A DNA stretch of 64,000 nucleotides from Lepidodermella squamata (GCA_047495785.1 JBLDXI010000023.1:372001-436000), one strand, 5' to 3'; shown: positions 33,549 through 46,091, counted from the first letter of the stretch. Made by a program: numbers and translations. The notes: a model not told the origin generated them from the letters alone.

Positions 33549-35751
33549 ATGAGAAGCTTAATGCCAATTTTCGTGGCTGCCATGATAATGTGCTGCTTTT
33601 GCGATACGCAGAACAAGACGCGACTAAGAATTCTCTACTTGACCCCTATAGCCTACGTCGATCCTAAAATTGTGCATGCCGGTGCCATCGTTAGACCATA
33701 CGTAACCGAAATCATAAACTCTCGAGGCGATATTTTGCAGGACTATCAAATCCAATTGGAAGTTCGCGACGAAATGGTGGGAATGCGAGCAGTGAATGAG
33801 CTGTTTGCTTTCCAAAGAGATGAGCAGGGTCTGCAGTCGCCTATCATTATCGGACCTGGTATTGCGTCGAGCTGTAAATCAATCGGCCCAGCACTGCACC
33901 ACCTCAACTTGGTTTCCGTCTCAACGTTCTGCAAAATTTCTGCCTCATATCGGAACATGTTTCTATCACAGGCGACATCCGAAGCTACAGAGAGGACAAT
34001 GCTCAGTTTCGTGAAAAATGTTGGCAACTGGACGAGGTTGGCTCTAATTACGAGCAGTGATTCAAACGACTTTACATCGGCTTTATCTTTTCATGACAGT
34101 GCAATCTTAAACGGGATCGAAGTCCCATTTTTCAATTTAATGAATGATGTGACTCAGGATTTCATTGACTCGTTGAAACAGTCCGGGCTTAGAATTATCG
34201 TCATCAGTATAGCACTCCCTGACCTGGTCAGTCGTTTACTTTGCGAGGCTTACAAAGCTGGGCTCACAGGCCCTCGATTCGTTTTCATGCTGGTTGCTTC
34301 AGCGTTTTCATTAACGCCCACTCCATCATGTCCTTTAGCTGTATTGCTAGAGCAAACCAGGCAGTCTTTTTACATCGAAAATTTGCCGAAGGCGGGTAGC
34401 AACGACTCAGTCAGTGATTTGGGCGATACAGTTGCAGAATTCGAGCGGTACATGACGCAGGCTACAAAAATGTTACCGGAAGAGTATCTCACATCTTTCG
34501 TCATTCATTCCACTTTGAGTAATGTCTTGTTAGCGCTGAATGAAACTGACCGTCGGCTGAAAGCTGAGTTTAACCTATCTCTGCGCGACTACCCTAATCA
34601 GCCTGAAATTGTAGCTAGGACAGCGAGAAATGCCGTATTATCACTCGAGTACAACACGCTCAGGGTTGGAAAGACGTCATACGACAAAAACGGCCAGCTC
34701 CTAGGTGGTATTCAAACAGTTATGCAATGGACGAAATCAAGAGGCAGACGAAATGTTTTTCTTGCCCAACAAGGTCTTAGTGGCAATGTATCGCTGAAAC
34801 CCACCGGCTGGAAAATTGACTGGATTAACGGCTCACCTCCCCGAGATCGACCATTGCTCCGTAAATTGAACGCTCGAGTTTCGCTCGCTTTCAAAGTTGT
34901 CGTGTCGTTATTTATCGCCTCAGCGTTATCCATCGAAATTTCTGGCATCGTTGTTATCACGCTGAAGAAATTCATTCGCTATCGATTGTCGAAAATAATT
35001 AGCCTATTCGGATGTATTATTCTTACCACGTCCTCCTCTCTGTTCGCCGCGGAGAAGGAGAGAAACAGGGATCGCCTCGTATTACCTGTTAGGTTTCGGT
35101 CTAAGTATCGTCTGCAGCTGCTTTACGTCACGATTTCTTGTCTTACGATCTGTTTTGAAAAATTTAGGCAAGGGGATAGTTTATCTCAGAGCACAGTCGG
35201 TGATGTCCAGCATATCAAGCCGTGATCAGATAAACGCGATTCAACTCGATTCTAAAATGTACATGAAAATCGACAGGCTCACAGCGAAATCCGGAGCAAT
35301 ACTCGCTATTCCTAGTTTTGGACTAGTGATAGCATGGGCGACTGTTCAAAACGTTGATTGCCGCGAAGAGACGATTTCCCGGAGATACGACGAAGTATTG
35401 GACGAAAAAGAAGAAACTTGGTTTGTTAAATGTACCCAATCGACTTGGCCAATATTGGCCGCTTTTACCGCCTATCAGATGTCGCTTCTCATCGCCGGAA
35501 TAATGGTTGCATTTAAACTCAAGCAAATATCTGGTGTTGCTAAAAATTGTCGCGAATTTATGACATCTGTCGTTTCGGTGCTAATAAGCGCGTCTATGCT
35601 GCCTGTAGGGGTCCTCATTGGTTATACGTTAGCTGCGAATCCGGTTGATCAGCAGTCAGCTATCAGCCTGTTGGTTGTGATGTTTTCCTTGGCGTTGTCG
35701 GCGATCTGTCTTCATCCAGCCGTCACTCGTAAAAAATTAGGAATTATTTAG
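33549..35751 (+). pseudogene. Class C GPCR copy 5, frameshifted, opposite orientation to copies 1-4
   Basis: ORFs 33549-35225 and 35155-35751 are two parts of one paralog. A 2-nt deletion near 35070 (AAC AGG G ATC GCC TCG TAT versus N-K-E-I-T-S-Y in copy 4) shifts the frame; it could be a sequencing error. Confidence 0.85.
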
Positions 35752-36489
35752 GTAATCCAGAATTGTATTGGACACAAGAGTATACTGTCCGTTACTATTC
35801 GGGATAATGAAACGCTGGTTGTTGCCGTTAAAGTTGACTCTAAAAAATGGTACGATTAATAATATGTTTGCTTTAAGTATGTAATTTGAATATTATGAAT
35901 TATGAATCAGAATTTAGAATTTCAGCTCGAATTCTTATTTATCCACAGCGCCGGGGCAACCTATATGAATTACCAGATTCAACGTTACCTGATAATATCC
36001 GTGATTATCCGTACTCAAATCAGTCACCAGGAAAACAAAAAATTAAAACTTTCGCCTGGAAAAACCACTACAGAAAATAATGACTGGCTGAAAAATTCCA
36101 TGCAGAATCTTTACACGTGGTATGCAAAATGCAAATGACTGGCTGAAAGATTCCATGCAGAATCTTCACACGTGGTATGCAAATGCATGGCATAAAGATT
36201 CCTGGTTATTTTGTTCGCTTACGTTGGCTTACAGTTTGCCTTGAAGATGTCGCTAAACACTTCTATTCCGATCTCTGTTCGCCTCCCACTCTTCGTAAAT
36301 TTTCCAGTACTAAAATGGCTTACGCGGTCCCATACGATTCTTTAAGGGATGCGCCAACACGCTTTCGATATAAAGTGAGGCTTAAAACAGCTAATATGCG
36401 TGTAGTTTATTTCTCTGACTTGGAAAAAGTCTCCCATCAAAGAAAAAATATGAACGAAATAGTGAGAACAAAAAACAGTTGCCTTCTTT

Positions 36490-36550
36490 GTTGCTTTGTG
36501 GTAAAAATCGCTCAGTGATAGACAGGCGACCAAGGTTCGAACCCCATCTC
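36490..36550 (+). repeat. tRNA-derived (SINE-like) head
   Basis: A-box-like TTTGTGGTAAA and B-box GGTTCGAACCCC; no complete cloverleaf. Confidence 0.45.
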
Positions 36551-36755
36551 ATTAAATTTTTTTCCAGCCCGAAACAACAGACCTCTTACAACGTTGGTTT
36601 ACTAGAAATAATAACAAATACAAAAACATTCGAGTTTGTGAACGTTTAAAAATGAAATTGTAATAATAAATAAAGCTGTGCGGATTTCTTTGTGTTATGC
36701 GCAATGAAATGACTGTTTGTGCGCACTCTTTAAGACTTGGAAGCAGTCATTAATA

Positions 36756-37608
36756 CAGTGTAACCCGGATTCTCCGACCCTCGATTTCCCGTCTTGTGGG
36801 ATTTCCCGCCAGGTTTTTCGTGGAACCAGACGATGTCCATGCAAAATATCGAAAAATGGCGGAGATTTCCCGTCAGTTATTTCCCGTCAATTTCGGATTT
36901 GTTAAGTATTTCAAATAAGCTAGGCCATAAAAGGGGTCAGGAATCCACACGGGTCTTACATGTTACTTGAAAGTGAAAGATCTAGTGTCAGAATGGCGCT
37001 TTCTTGAAACGGTTTTGTCTGATTCCGCTACGCTTGGCCGACTACTTGGCCCTTGGCCATTTTACGAAAAATTTCGGTTACTAATGGACAGAGCCCTGTC
37101 TCTCAAGGGAGCGATTTTCGGTCCCCGTTATAAAACTCGAGAAAGGGAGTCGTCGCCCCCCTTGAAGTTCACGTCTCATACAAACCAGATGCCAAATTAG
37201 ATATCAAAAAAATTATCTTTAAATGGGCGTTACTTCGCGATTTGGTGATATCCCTTAGAAACATTTTGCAATTTTATAATTAATTATGCAAATGAGTTTC
37301 GAAAATGAAAGAAACAAGATTTTTTCCTCGAACCTTTTGCTGGTAAATTGTTCTTGTTTCCTGTTTTTCTCAAACTCATTTGCATAATTAATTATAAAAG
37401 TGCAAAATGTTTCTACGGGATTGACAGATAATAAAGGCGAAAGGTGTCTCGGAATACTTGGAATACTGATTTATCGTCGAAAATGCTTCAAAAACGTTGA
37501 AAATCAACTCGTAACTCTAAAAATACGCTAAATTTATTTCACGTCGATTTGGATTTCCCGCCAGGATTTTCGTGGAACCAAAAAAGACGGAGAATCGGGG
37601 TTACACTG
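36756..37608. mobile_element. Non-autonomous TA-flanked DNA transposon containing a ~170-bp internal hairpin (37251-37420)
   Basis: TIR CAGTGTAACCC(G/C)GATTCTCCG with TA flanks; internal inverted repeat TAGAAACATTTTGCA.TTTTATAATTAATTATGCAAATGAGTTT. Confidence 0.85.
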
Positions 37609-37610
37609 TA

Positions 37611-37706
37611 ATGATTTCCCGAATATAAGCCCAGGCGGCACTACAAAGAACGTCAAAGTGCCGACAAAGAGGTGCCGCCTGGGCTTGTATTTGGGAATTC
37701 ATGGTA
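37611..37706. mobile_element. Short hairpin MITE
   Basis: ATGATTTCCCGAATATAAGCCCAGGCGGCAC at the left and GTGCCGCCTGGGCTTGTATTTGGGAATTCAT at the right. Confidence 0.7.
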
Positions 37707-37974
37707 TTCAATATTTCATGAAGACCTCGCACAATTTGCGCAACATTTAGGCTGTGATAAAAAACAGATCACACCTGTTCAAGTGGAGCAGGCATAGCCT
37801 TTTAGTTATATTAATATCCAGGCTTTCTTTCTCAACTAATAGTGGGCGACGGACAGCAACGCTTAAAACAAACAAACATAGGGCCTAGCAACACGTCGCG
37901 ATTCTTATCGAAATAACCTTTACGCCGAAATCGCTGAAATACAGAGTGTTACATTCTGCTCGCGCAATAAAATC

Positions 37975-39594
37975 ATGAAGATTCTCCCAGTTTTCTTCAC
38001 TCTCTACGTCACGTTGTTCGTAAGCCTGACTCTTCAACGTAAGTTCATACCTTTTAAATCTATGCACAAGTAGCTGAATTTTCTTGTAGAATGCTCTCCG
38101 CCGTGCGAGGAAAGAGGAGGACTTTGCAGCTCAGCCAACACATGTCAATGTCTAGCTAGATTTAGTGGAGATAATTGTTCCCAGGGTAGGTCTCATTCAA
38201 TAATCATCTGCAAAGTCTCCTATTTTATGTTTTACCTCGACTTGAAGTGATCGCGCCAATAGTGGCTCCGGCAAGCTACATCTCCAAGTACTCCTACGTT
38301 GGCGATGGATATTTTAGTAAGAAATTGTATCCCTTCAACCGAGAGAGAACTATCGATATAATTGTTACAGATGCGAACTGGCGTTACACCTGCAACAAAA
38401 ATTTTACAGTTCTCGGGTCCGCAAATGACATTTATCTCGTTTCGACTGGTCAATCGACATTTGCTTCATTCATTAATAAAAACGTGAATTGTCATAATTT
38501 TTGAACAATTAAGGCTCATTCCCCTGCTATGCCAGTATTTTGATCTGACTGATTTCTCGATCAATGTGACAATGCAGCTCGACGCGCCTGTCGGCAGAAA
38601 CACTGACTTTTACACAATCAGCGTTCTGTCGAATTCAACGATGACATACGCTACACCGCCAACAGTATCCAACATGTTCAACAGTTCGAACTACGCCGGA
38701 TTCCTGTTTCGAGTTGCGGGTTACATGGCGTCGTATCAAGTTATCTCATCGCCAACAGCGACCACGGTTGATATGTCCAACTTCGTTACGATGCCGAAAG
38801 CTTCGTTGAGTCTTAATAACATCAGAGGCCGCCACCACGTCGGCATTGTTGTTAGGGGTAGCAAAATATGGGTGGACATGTGTACGAATTCTTCTTGCAC
38901 AGCGGTGTTCAACGCTCAATCATTGCCTGGTGTCTTATTTCCGATTGCGGACGCTACCATGGAACGGCCTGTCATCGCTGTGACTGCGGTTAATAACGGC
39001 TGCTATGATCCTGTCAGACTCTACGATTTGCGGGTCTATAATCTAGGTAAATTTCTCGTCTGGATTATGAGGAGGCTCGATAAATTGAGGAGGCTTGGAA
39101 TTTCTTCAACATTTTGAGCTCTAATTTTAGGTTAAAAACTCATGTTTCAATTTTTTTTTTCGTACCAGCTACGATAAACTGCAATCCTGGTTGTGCGAAG
39201 GGAATTTGCATTGGTATCAATATCTGTTCATGCAATAGAGGTTGGACTGGCCCGCTCTGTGATAGACGTAAGTATTAATTAATTAATTAATTGACACAAA
39301 TTGCTCCATCTAAATATGCCTCGAATTTATCACTAGAAACTTGTGGCTCTACAATTTGTTCGCGCGACGCTTATTGCAAATCGGCGGGCAAATGTGAATG
39401 CTTCAACAAGTGGAGAACTGGCCCCGATTGTTCTCAAGGTAGGAGACAGCCAGCTTTCATCTAGATTTGGGTAATGTTGTCACTGGATAGGTCTTTGTGA
39501 TTGTAATAACTCGAAGCGATGTTTTGCGATGCTTTGCGACTGCGATGATGGATTGCAGCGTCGCGACTGCAACGATAAATTGGCAGTGTATTGA
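37975..39594 (+). CDS. Secreted protein: signal peptide + EGF + LamG/ConA-like beta-sandwich + 3 EGF-like repeats; 7 exons, 403 aa
   Basis: Exons 37975-38038, 38090-38185, 38248-38483, 38536-39046, 39169-39267, 39337-39438 and 39491-39594 (GT-AG, 1212 nt, open). Signal MKILPVFFTLYVTLFVSLTLQ; EGFs CSPPCEERGGLCSSANTCQCLARFSGDNC and CNPGCAKGICIGINICSCNRGWTGPLC; HHVGIVVRGSKIWVD...LYDLRVYN resembles LamG. Confidence 0.82.
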
Positions 39595-40127
39595 CATTCC
39601 CTTTTATATCAGCTTCCAGCTTCCTGATCATCGCTGAGGATGCTGAGACTCCTTATCTAAAATTTGAGTTTTCTATTTCGTTCTTCATAACTGATGAAAA
39701 TCCTATCCATTGTGATTTAACTCTGGCGAGACTCCCGTCACAACGATTCTTGATTAACACTTAACCCTCAATAGGAAAGACAGGAAAGACTTGATAATGA
39801 AATTAGCATCAGTCTCTAAAGATGAATTAACATCTTTTGTGGTATAATACGCAGCGAAAATTTCGTAACGTGTAAATAAATTTGAATGCGATTTTTTTGT
39901 GACGACACATCAAGTTTTTAAATGAGTGCAGACGTGCGCCCGCCATATTTCAGCAAGCCGAGTCATTGATGGTGAATGAAAAATTTAGCAACAAATCGCA
40001 CTGAGAATACTTGCTCCATTGACGTGATCGCCTGAGCTATGACATGAAAGGCTTTGGAGACAAAAAATAAATTAGATTTTCGTCTTACAAAATAGCGAGG
40101 AAATAATATCAGGCTGTATATCTAGCC

Positions 40128-43100
40128 ATGACAAGTGGAGGTGTGAACAGCAACAAGTTGGGCCCACGGCTTTCAGTCGAGCCTTTCAACACGCGTCAAA
40201 GGACATACGACGCCATGATACCCGCTACAGTTGACCACTTTCTAGTTGAAAAAATAGCCGAGATAAAATCGACCGAGAGCAACAACCAGCCAATGTTCAC
40301 GTTCCAGGTCAACAACGCGCCTGTGGATTCGCGGAAAAATCAATCGAAAATCAAACACTCGCCTGAGTTGATCGATCGGATTTTGAAATCGATTCAGCTC
40401 ATATGTCGCGACGACGAGGCGGAGCGGAAAGCTGGGTTATTGGTGATAACCGGCGATGAAGGCGTTGGCAAAACGTCGTTGCTAGCGAAATTGGTGAATG
40501 ATACGGCGAATCATACGTTCTTCTTCTACGATTGTAAACTTCAAGCGACCGAGTGGTTCAATTGCTATCAATGGCGGAACTACCAGAGCTTGACGTCTGG
40601 TGACACTAAACTGTCGTTGAAAGGTTGGTAAATCTACTTAAATTGCTAAACTTTGAATTCTAATTCCCAAACATTTTACCTGGAAAAAGAATTTCCGGAG
40701 AAATGATGCGGAAAAATCTCAAAAGTTCACATGAATTGCAATAAACCTTGTTTCGCCTCATTGTGGAAATTTTGGCTTTTTAAACTTCGAAACATCTAAA
40801 TTTCGCTCCTCTGAATTTCAAGGTGAAATATCGGCTCCGGGTAAGTGATTATAGGCTATCGAATCTCTATGAATTGTAGTATTTAGCCATCCCTGTTTCC
40901 TTACAACCTTTAATGAATCTCATATGTCTCAGCCTTATCAAATAGTCACTGAACAGCAGCTTGCAGCACTTCGATAGATGTAGCTCTTTAAAGCTTGAAA
41001 CCGAATTTTAACAAGCTAATTCGAACAATGCACACTTTTTCAGAACAAGAAGATGGTTTCAAGGCAGCTTTGGCAAACTTGACGAAATCTGGAGTGAAAA
41101 CTGAACATCACGAACGCGTCTCCACGTTATACATTTTCGACGATGTTTACCACTTGTCTCTTATCGAATTGATCAAACGGAAAATCGTGGACGACCTGCT
41201 CATGCCCTGCGTTGTGCTGGTCAGGTCCCAAGACGCCAGAGCTATGCAACTGATCCCTAAATGGAACCGCCTGATCACGAAAATGGAAGAGCTGCCCCGT
41301 TTCACGAATATCCAACTTGCGCAAATGTTGTTGGCTAGCAAGAAATTTTCGTTCGAACGGCAAGATACTTCGCTGCTGCGAGAGCTTGTCAACGAATGCG
41401 ACGGCTTGCCAAGGCCTCCGTCGGCTTTGATCGCGAAACGATCTTCTCGACCGCCGAAGCAGGCGGTTGATTTGTCTCAACGTCAGAATCGAACACCGTC
41501 AGTTGATACAGCAATTCTGAGTGGGAACTTTCTGAATCGGCAGGATGGTGATATGAACGCGTTTTCTCCCCGCCTTCATGGGTTGGGGTCGATTTTTGTC
41601 ACGCAGGCGATTGGGCTGAATGCGGTGAATCGCGGCTATACGGACATTGCGGCGACTGCCTCTTCTTCGACCCGAGCTACACGTCAGGGAACAACGCCGC
41701 AGTTGGAACTGAGGTAACATTTAAAAAAATTCCCACATATGGTTTACCGGATGTTATTCAGGCTGCTCAATGTTCCGGAGTATCAGTTCCAAGGAGCTGC
41801 TTACTACCCACGCCAAGCCGAGGAAGAACGCGTACTTCAAGCTATTCGCCGAGCTTGCTCCATCTTAAGCCCCTCAGATCCAGGCGAGGATCATTCGTTG
41901 GGACACGCCGTAACCGCCGTCTCAATCAACGGCCCCAGTGGAGTCGGCAAGTCAACCCTAGTTTCCCACATTCTCAACGACCATAGATATCAAGCTAACG
42001 TGCTGCAAAAGTACTGCAAGCTTGATACAGTCATATGGTTAAACTGTGGTCCCGATGATTCATTAGCCGCTATTCTAGAGGCCTTTGAAGAGCTTATGAA
42101 ACAATTAGCCGAAACGATTCGTGGCCAATCAGCCGAGTCACTTTCTTCAAAATCAAATTTTCGAACGTCGAAGAAGCAACGGCTGCTCTTCACAATTGAC
42201 GATTTCCCTCATACAAATATAGACCAAGATCAATTGGTCAGCAATTTGAAGCCGCTAGCCGAGAAAAACAGCTGTGTCTGCGCGGTTATTCTGATAAATT
42301 CAGCTTTGGAGAAGGCTCGTCCACCTGCGATTTCATCTTCGGGCTACGCCATCTCGATCGATCGAATGTCGGACTGGCAGCTTGTTGATATGTTCGAGAC
42401 GGTTTACTCGCTGAAGGACAAACTTCACGCCACGCATCACCTTCTCAACTTGGCTAATCAAAAAATCTGCGGTGGCTTGCCTATCATCGCTAGTTTGATA
42501 TCTAGCATACTGAAGCACCACAGTTGCGACCTGAAAATTTACAAAAATATCGCGAAATTGGGCGTAGCGACCGCGGGTGCCTCGAAACAAGCTAAAATTA
42601 GCTCTATCATTACGAAATTATTTGAAATGGCAATGTCATGCCTTGCAGATCGGGATTCATCGCTTGAGAACACGTTCAATACCTTCATTATGTTCGAGGC
42701 CGGTGAATCGATAAGCGTCGAAGTCGACCTTGCCTTTTTATGGCAGAAATCAGTGGAGGAGGCTGATGTTATTTGCCATATTTTCGAGTCTTTGGGCCTT
42801 TTGACGAGATACGAAATCAATAATGGGGAACACCAGCCGAGGCATGTCTTCGTCCAAGTTCATCCGCTGATTTTCCCGGCAGTTTACGAACGGCATATTC
42901 AGCTAGCGACGACGTTTGCCTCGATTTCAATGTCACGAGCTCGGCTGAATATTCTGTTGAATCTATTGCACGATCGAGGGTTGACATTCACACAATACAT
43001 CGACCTGGGTTTGAAGTCGAATCAGCGAAATCTGATTGATAAGATTTTGCAGCTGCTATCGCCGAGGGATATTCACGACATCGTGATTGCATCGAAAATT

Positions 43101-44902
43101 CCACCTGCCTTGCAGCCGCAAAGTGATTTCAACTCGCTCGATATAGCGACTGATGTTCAGGGCTGGACTGGGATCATGCTGACGGCGAAATACGGCCATC
43201 TTGAGCTGTTGAGGCAGCAAATCATGGCTTTCAATGACAATCTAGCAGTTCTGAGAAAACGTAAGTTAGCTTGACTTATCTCTCGCTTAGAAGGAAGAGC
43301 AATAGAAACGAAGGCTCAACTAATCCTAGGTGCATAGTCCAAAATCATAGTCCAAATTCCCACATTTTCGGTTCCGCGCTTCTATCCCCTCCGCCCCCAC
43401 CTGTAACCTCCCTAACCAGTATCCCTTTTTATTCCTAACCTCCCTTCCTTTCACCCCTTCCTTCACTATGATTCCGGCTTTTTCTGATTTCCTACTTTTT
43501 ACTTACTCTTTCATTCTTCTTTCGTTGGATCTCTAACTTAAAGTTTTGAGCTTTATCCTCACCATTTGAGTTTCGCTTGATTTATCTACATTTTAATATA
43601 TTTTTATTGTATTTGACAGTTGTTGCTAATCAAGAGAACGAACACGGAATGTCTGCCTTGATGATGGCAGTCAAAAACAATCAGTTCGACACAGCTCGAT
43701 TTCTTCTCTCTTTTGACTACGACCCAGAAGACGACTTGAAGCCAACAGCCAGCTCATTACTAAGAGCACAAAACGTATTAGGCGAAACTCCTCTCATGGT
43801 CGCAATAAACCAAATCGGCAACAAACTGGTGTCGAATCAAAGCCTTGAAATGATTAGATTGCTGATAAACAAGAGTTCCGACCCTGAAATTCTGAAGCAG
43901 GTCGATGGTAACGGAGACAGTGTTCTTGCATTGACAGCTGCCTACAACAACATGACCGCCCTGAAAATCATAACATCAAGTCCTGGATTCACCGACGATT
44001 CGCATCTCGTGATGACGATTCAAAACCTTGTCGGAGAAACTGCGTTGATGAAGGCGCTTCAAGTTAAGGACAAACCAGTTAGCATGGACCTCATTCGATG
44101 GATGTGTGAGACCTGCTCGGACGTGCTTCGTTACGCCGATTACCAACATCGTTACCCTCTTCACGTCGCGAACAACATCCAAGCTGTGAGCTACCTCTAC
44201 GAAAAATGGCCCGAGGCTATGACAATGAAGGATAAGAAGGGCCGGACCCCTCTTATGTCCGCGATTTTGAATCACGAGAACTACGACAAAACTTGGTTTG
44301 AGATCATCCGATTCTTCATTAGCCACTCGACGTTGGGGGATTTGATGCTGTGTTCGGCTAATTCAGGTCGAACTGCGTTAATGTTCGCCGTGGATATGCG
44401 GCAATTAAACACGGTCCAGTTTATGCTTCAAACAGCCTCGAAATTACCGAATGGGGTTAATTCTTTACTGAAGCAGAAAGATTCAGATGCGAAATCAGTT
44501 GTCGAACGAGCGATCGAGAACTACTGCCTGGAAGAATGTTCGCATTCCTGTCAAATTAATCACCAGAATCAAATCGCGATTTTGAAAGAATTGTTTGAAG
44601 CGTTCGTTACGAATGGGGACAAGGAGAGTGGCGAGGCTTTGAAGGTAAAATTGGGGGAAATTGTTCATGCCAAGTTGGAAGAGTTTGGCGGGAAACATGA
44701 ACGTGATTCCGGCCATCATTCGAAGCTGAACCACAGTCACATGGCATTTTTGGAACAACTGGCTAAACTGTTCGTCTCCACGCCGAATTTGGCAGCTACC
44801 ACAGAGACGCAAACTGTTGTCGAGCCGGAGAATCTAGAGACGCATCCTGCTTTTGAGCAACAGCCGTCGATACCAGTTGAACCGCCAAAGCCGGAACATT
44901 GA
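40128..44902 (+). CDS. NLR-like STAND NTPase: two tandem NB-ARC domains + winged helix + ankyrin repeats; ~1291 aa
   Basis: Proposed exons 40128-40533, 40823-40840, 41044-41713, 41762-43260 and 43620-44902 (3876 nt, open). NB-ARC1: ITGDEGVGKTSL, LYIFDDV, CDGLP. NB-ARC2: INGPSGVGKSTL, LFTIDDF, CGGLPII, LAFLW, VQVHPLI. ANK: GWTGIMLTA, GMSALMMAV, GETPLMVAI, GRTPLMSAI, GRTALMFAV. The exon 1-2 junction is the least certain part. Confidence 0.85.
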
Positions 44903-45089
44903 AACTGGCCGTTTTATTGATTACCCGAGTGAATTTCTTAGATTTCGAAAGTAAAAGGCGATAGACACTGAAGACTGAAGACAAATGTTGATCATGCAAA
45001 AATAGATGAATTTTTTTAATGCTAAATTTTATTCAAATTTGAATATCAAGCTTCTTCACTGCTTTCATGGAGTCAGATGGCTTTGCACT

Positions 45090-45501
45090 CAGTGCTTTGG
45101 ATTTGATTTGATTTATACCATATTTTCACTGATTTAGATTTGAAATGATTGATTTATGGGGAAAGCGTTTTAATTTGATTGATTTTGATTTGATTGAGGG
45201 TTCAATCGAAAAACGTGATATCGGGAAGCTAGGATCTTTCCCCTATTTTGAGGGAAACTCGCTTCAGAAAGGTACAGTAGTTTCATATTAGCGTTATTTT
45301 ATCCATTTCTTGACATTTCGAAGCACCAAACTTCATGAAAATCTAGATGTTTCGCGATTTATTGTGATTTATAGGTGCCAATGATTTGATTTGATTTGAT
45401 TGATTTTGTCCTGGAAAATTGGGAAAATGATTGATTTTGATTGATTGAAGAAGGTCTGTGATTTAAGCTGTAAATCTAATCAAATCAAATCCAAAGCTCT
45501 G
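45090..45501. mobile_element. hAT-like MITE with (GATTT)n subterminal repeats
   Basis: TIR CAG(T/A)GCTTTGGATTTGATTTGATT; imperfect 8-bp flanks TTTGCACT and TTTTTACT. Confidence 0.75.
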
Positions 45502-45817
45502 TTTTTACTTTTCCCCGTTTTGAAAATTAGACGAAAATTAGGAAATTACAAAATGAATTTCGAAAATTAGACTTGAAACCTCGTAGCAAATTATGTTAAT
45601 TCTTCCCCTCAACGACTGAAATGCTATTCGCAAACTATCGACTGATAGTGACTGATTAGAACTTTAGGAAACGTTCAACGCGATATAGATTGTATTGCAT
45701 TTGCTCAGTTAGTCAACAACTTCTGTCGTATTGAGCGGACGAATTCTCAAATATGATCTCCATGGCAAATTTCTTGGTAAACGTGATGCAGTGGTGCGGG
45801 GATGTATGGCATGTGTA

Positions 45818-45992
45818 AAGCACGCATTGCCGTGCGTTGCAGGTAATTTGATTTTTCATCTCAAGGAATTTTTTCTGTAATATTTCATGGCACGCTACGC
45901 TATTGTATAAATTTTAGTACAGAAACAAATTCCTTAAGATAAAAAACCCTATTACCTGTAGAAGGGCTAACAACGCACGGCAATGCGTGCTT
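45818..45992. repeat. Inverted-repeat element ~100 bp upstream of ankyrin copy B
   Basis: Perfect 22-bp inverted repeat AAGCACGCATTGCCGTGCGTTG / CAACGCACGGCAATGCGTGCTT. Confidence 0.75.
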
Positions 45993-46091
45993 CTAATTTT
46001 TTATTGCTTAATGATACCTTGAAATGTTTACAGTCAGTGTTGCTTCAAGTGAATTTCACTAATTTCAACAATCTCCATGTGTAAAAACACA

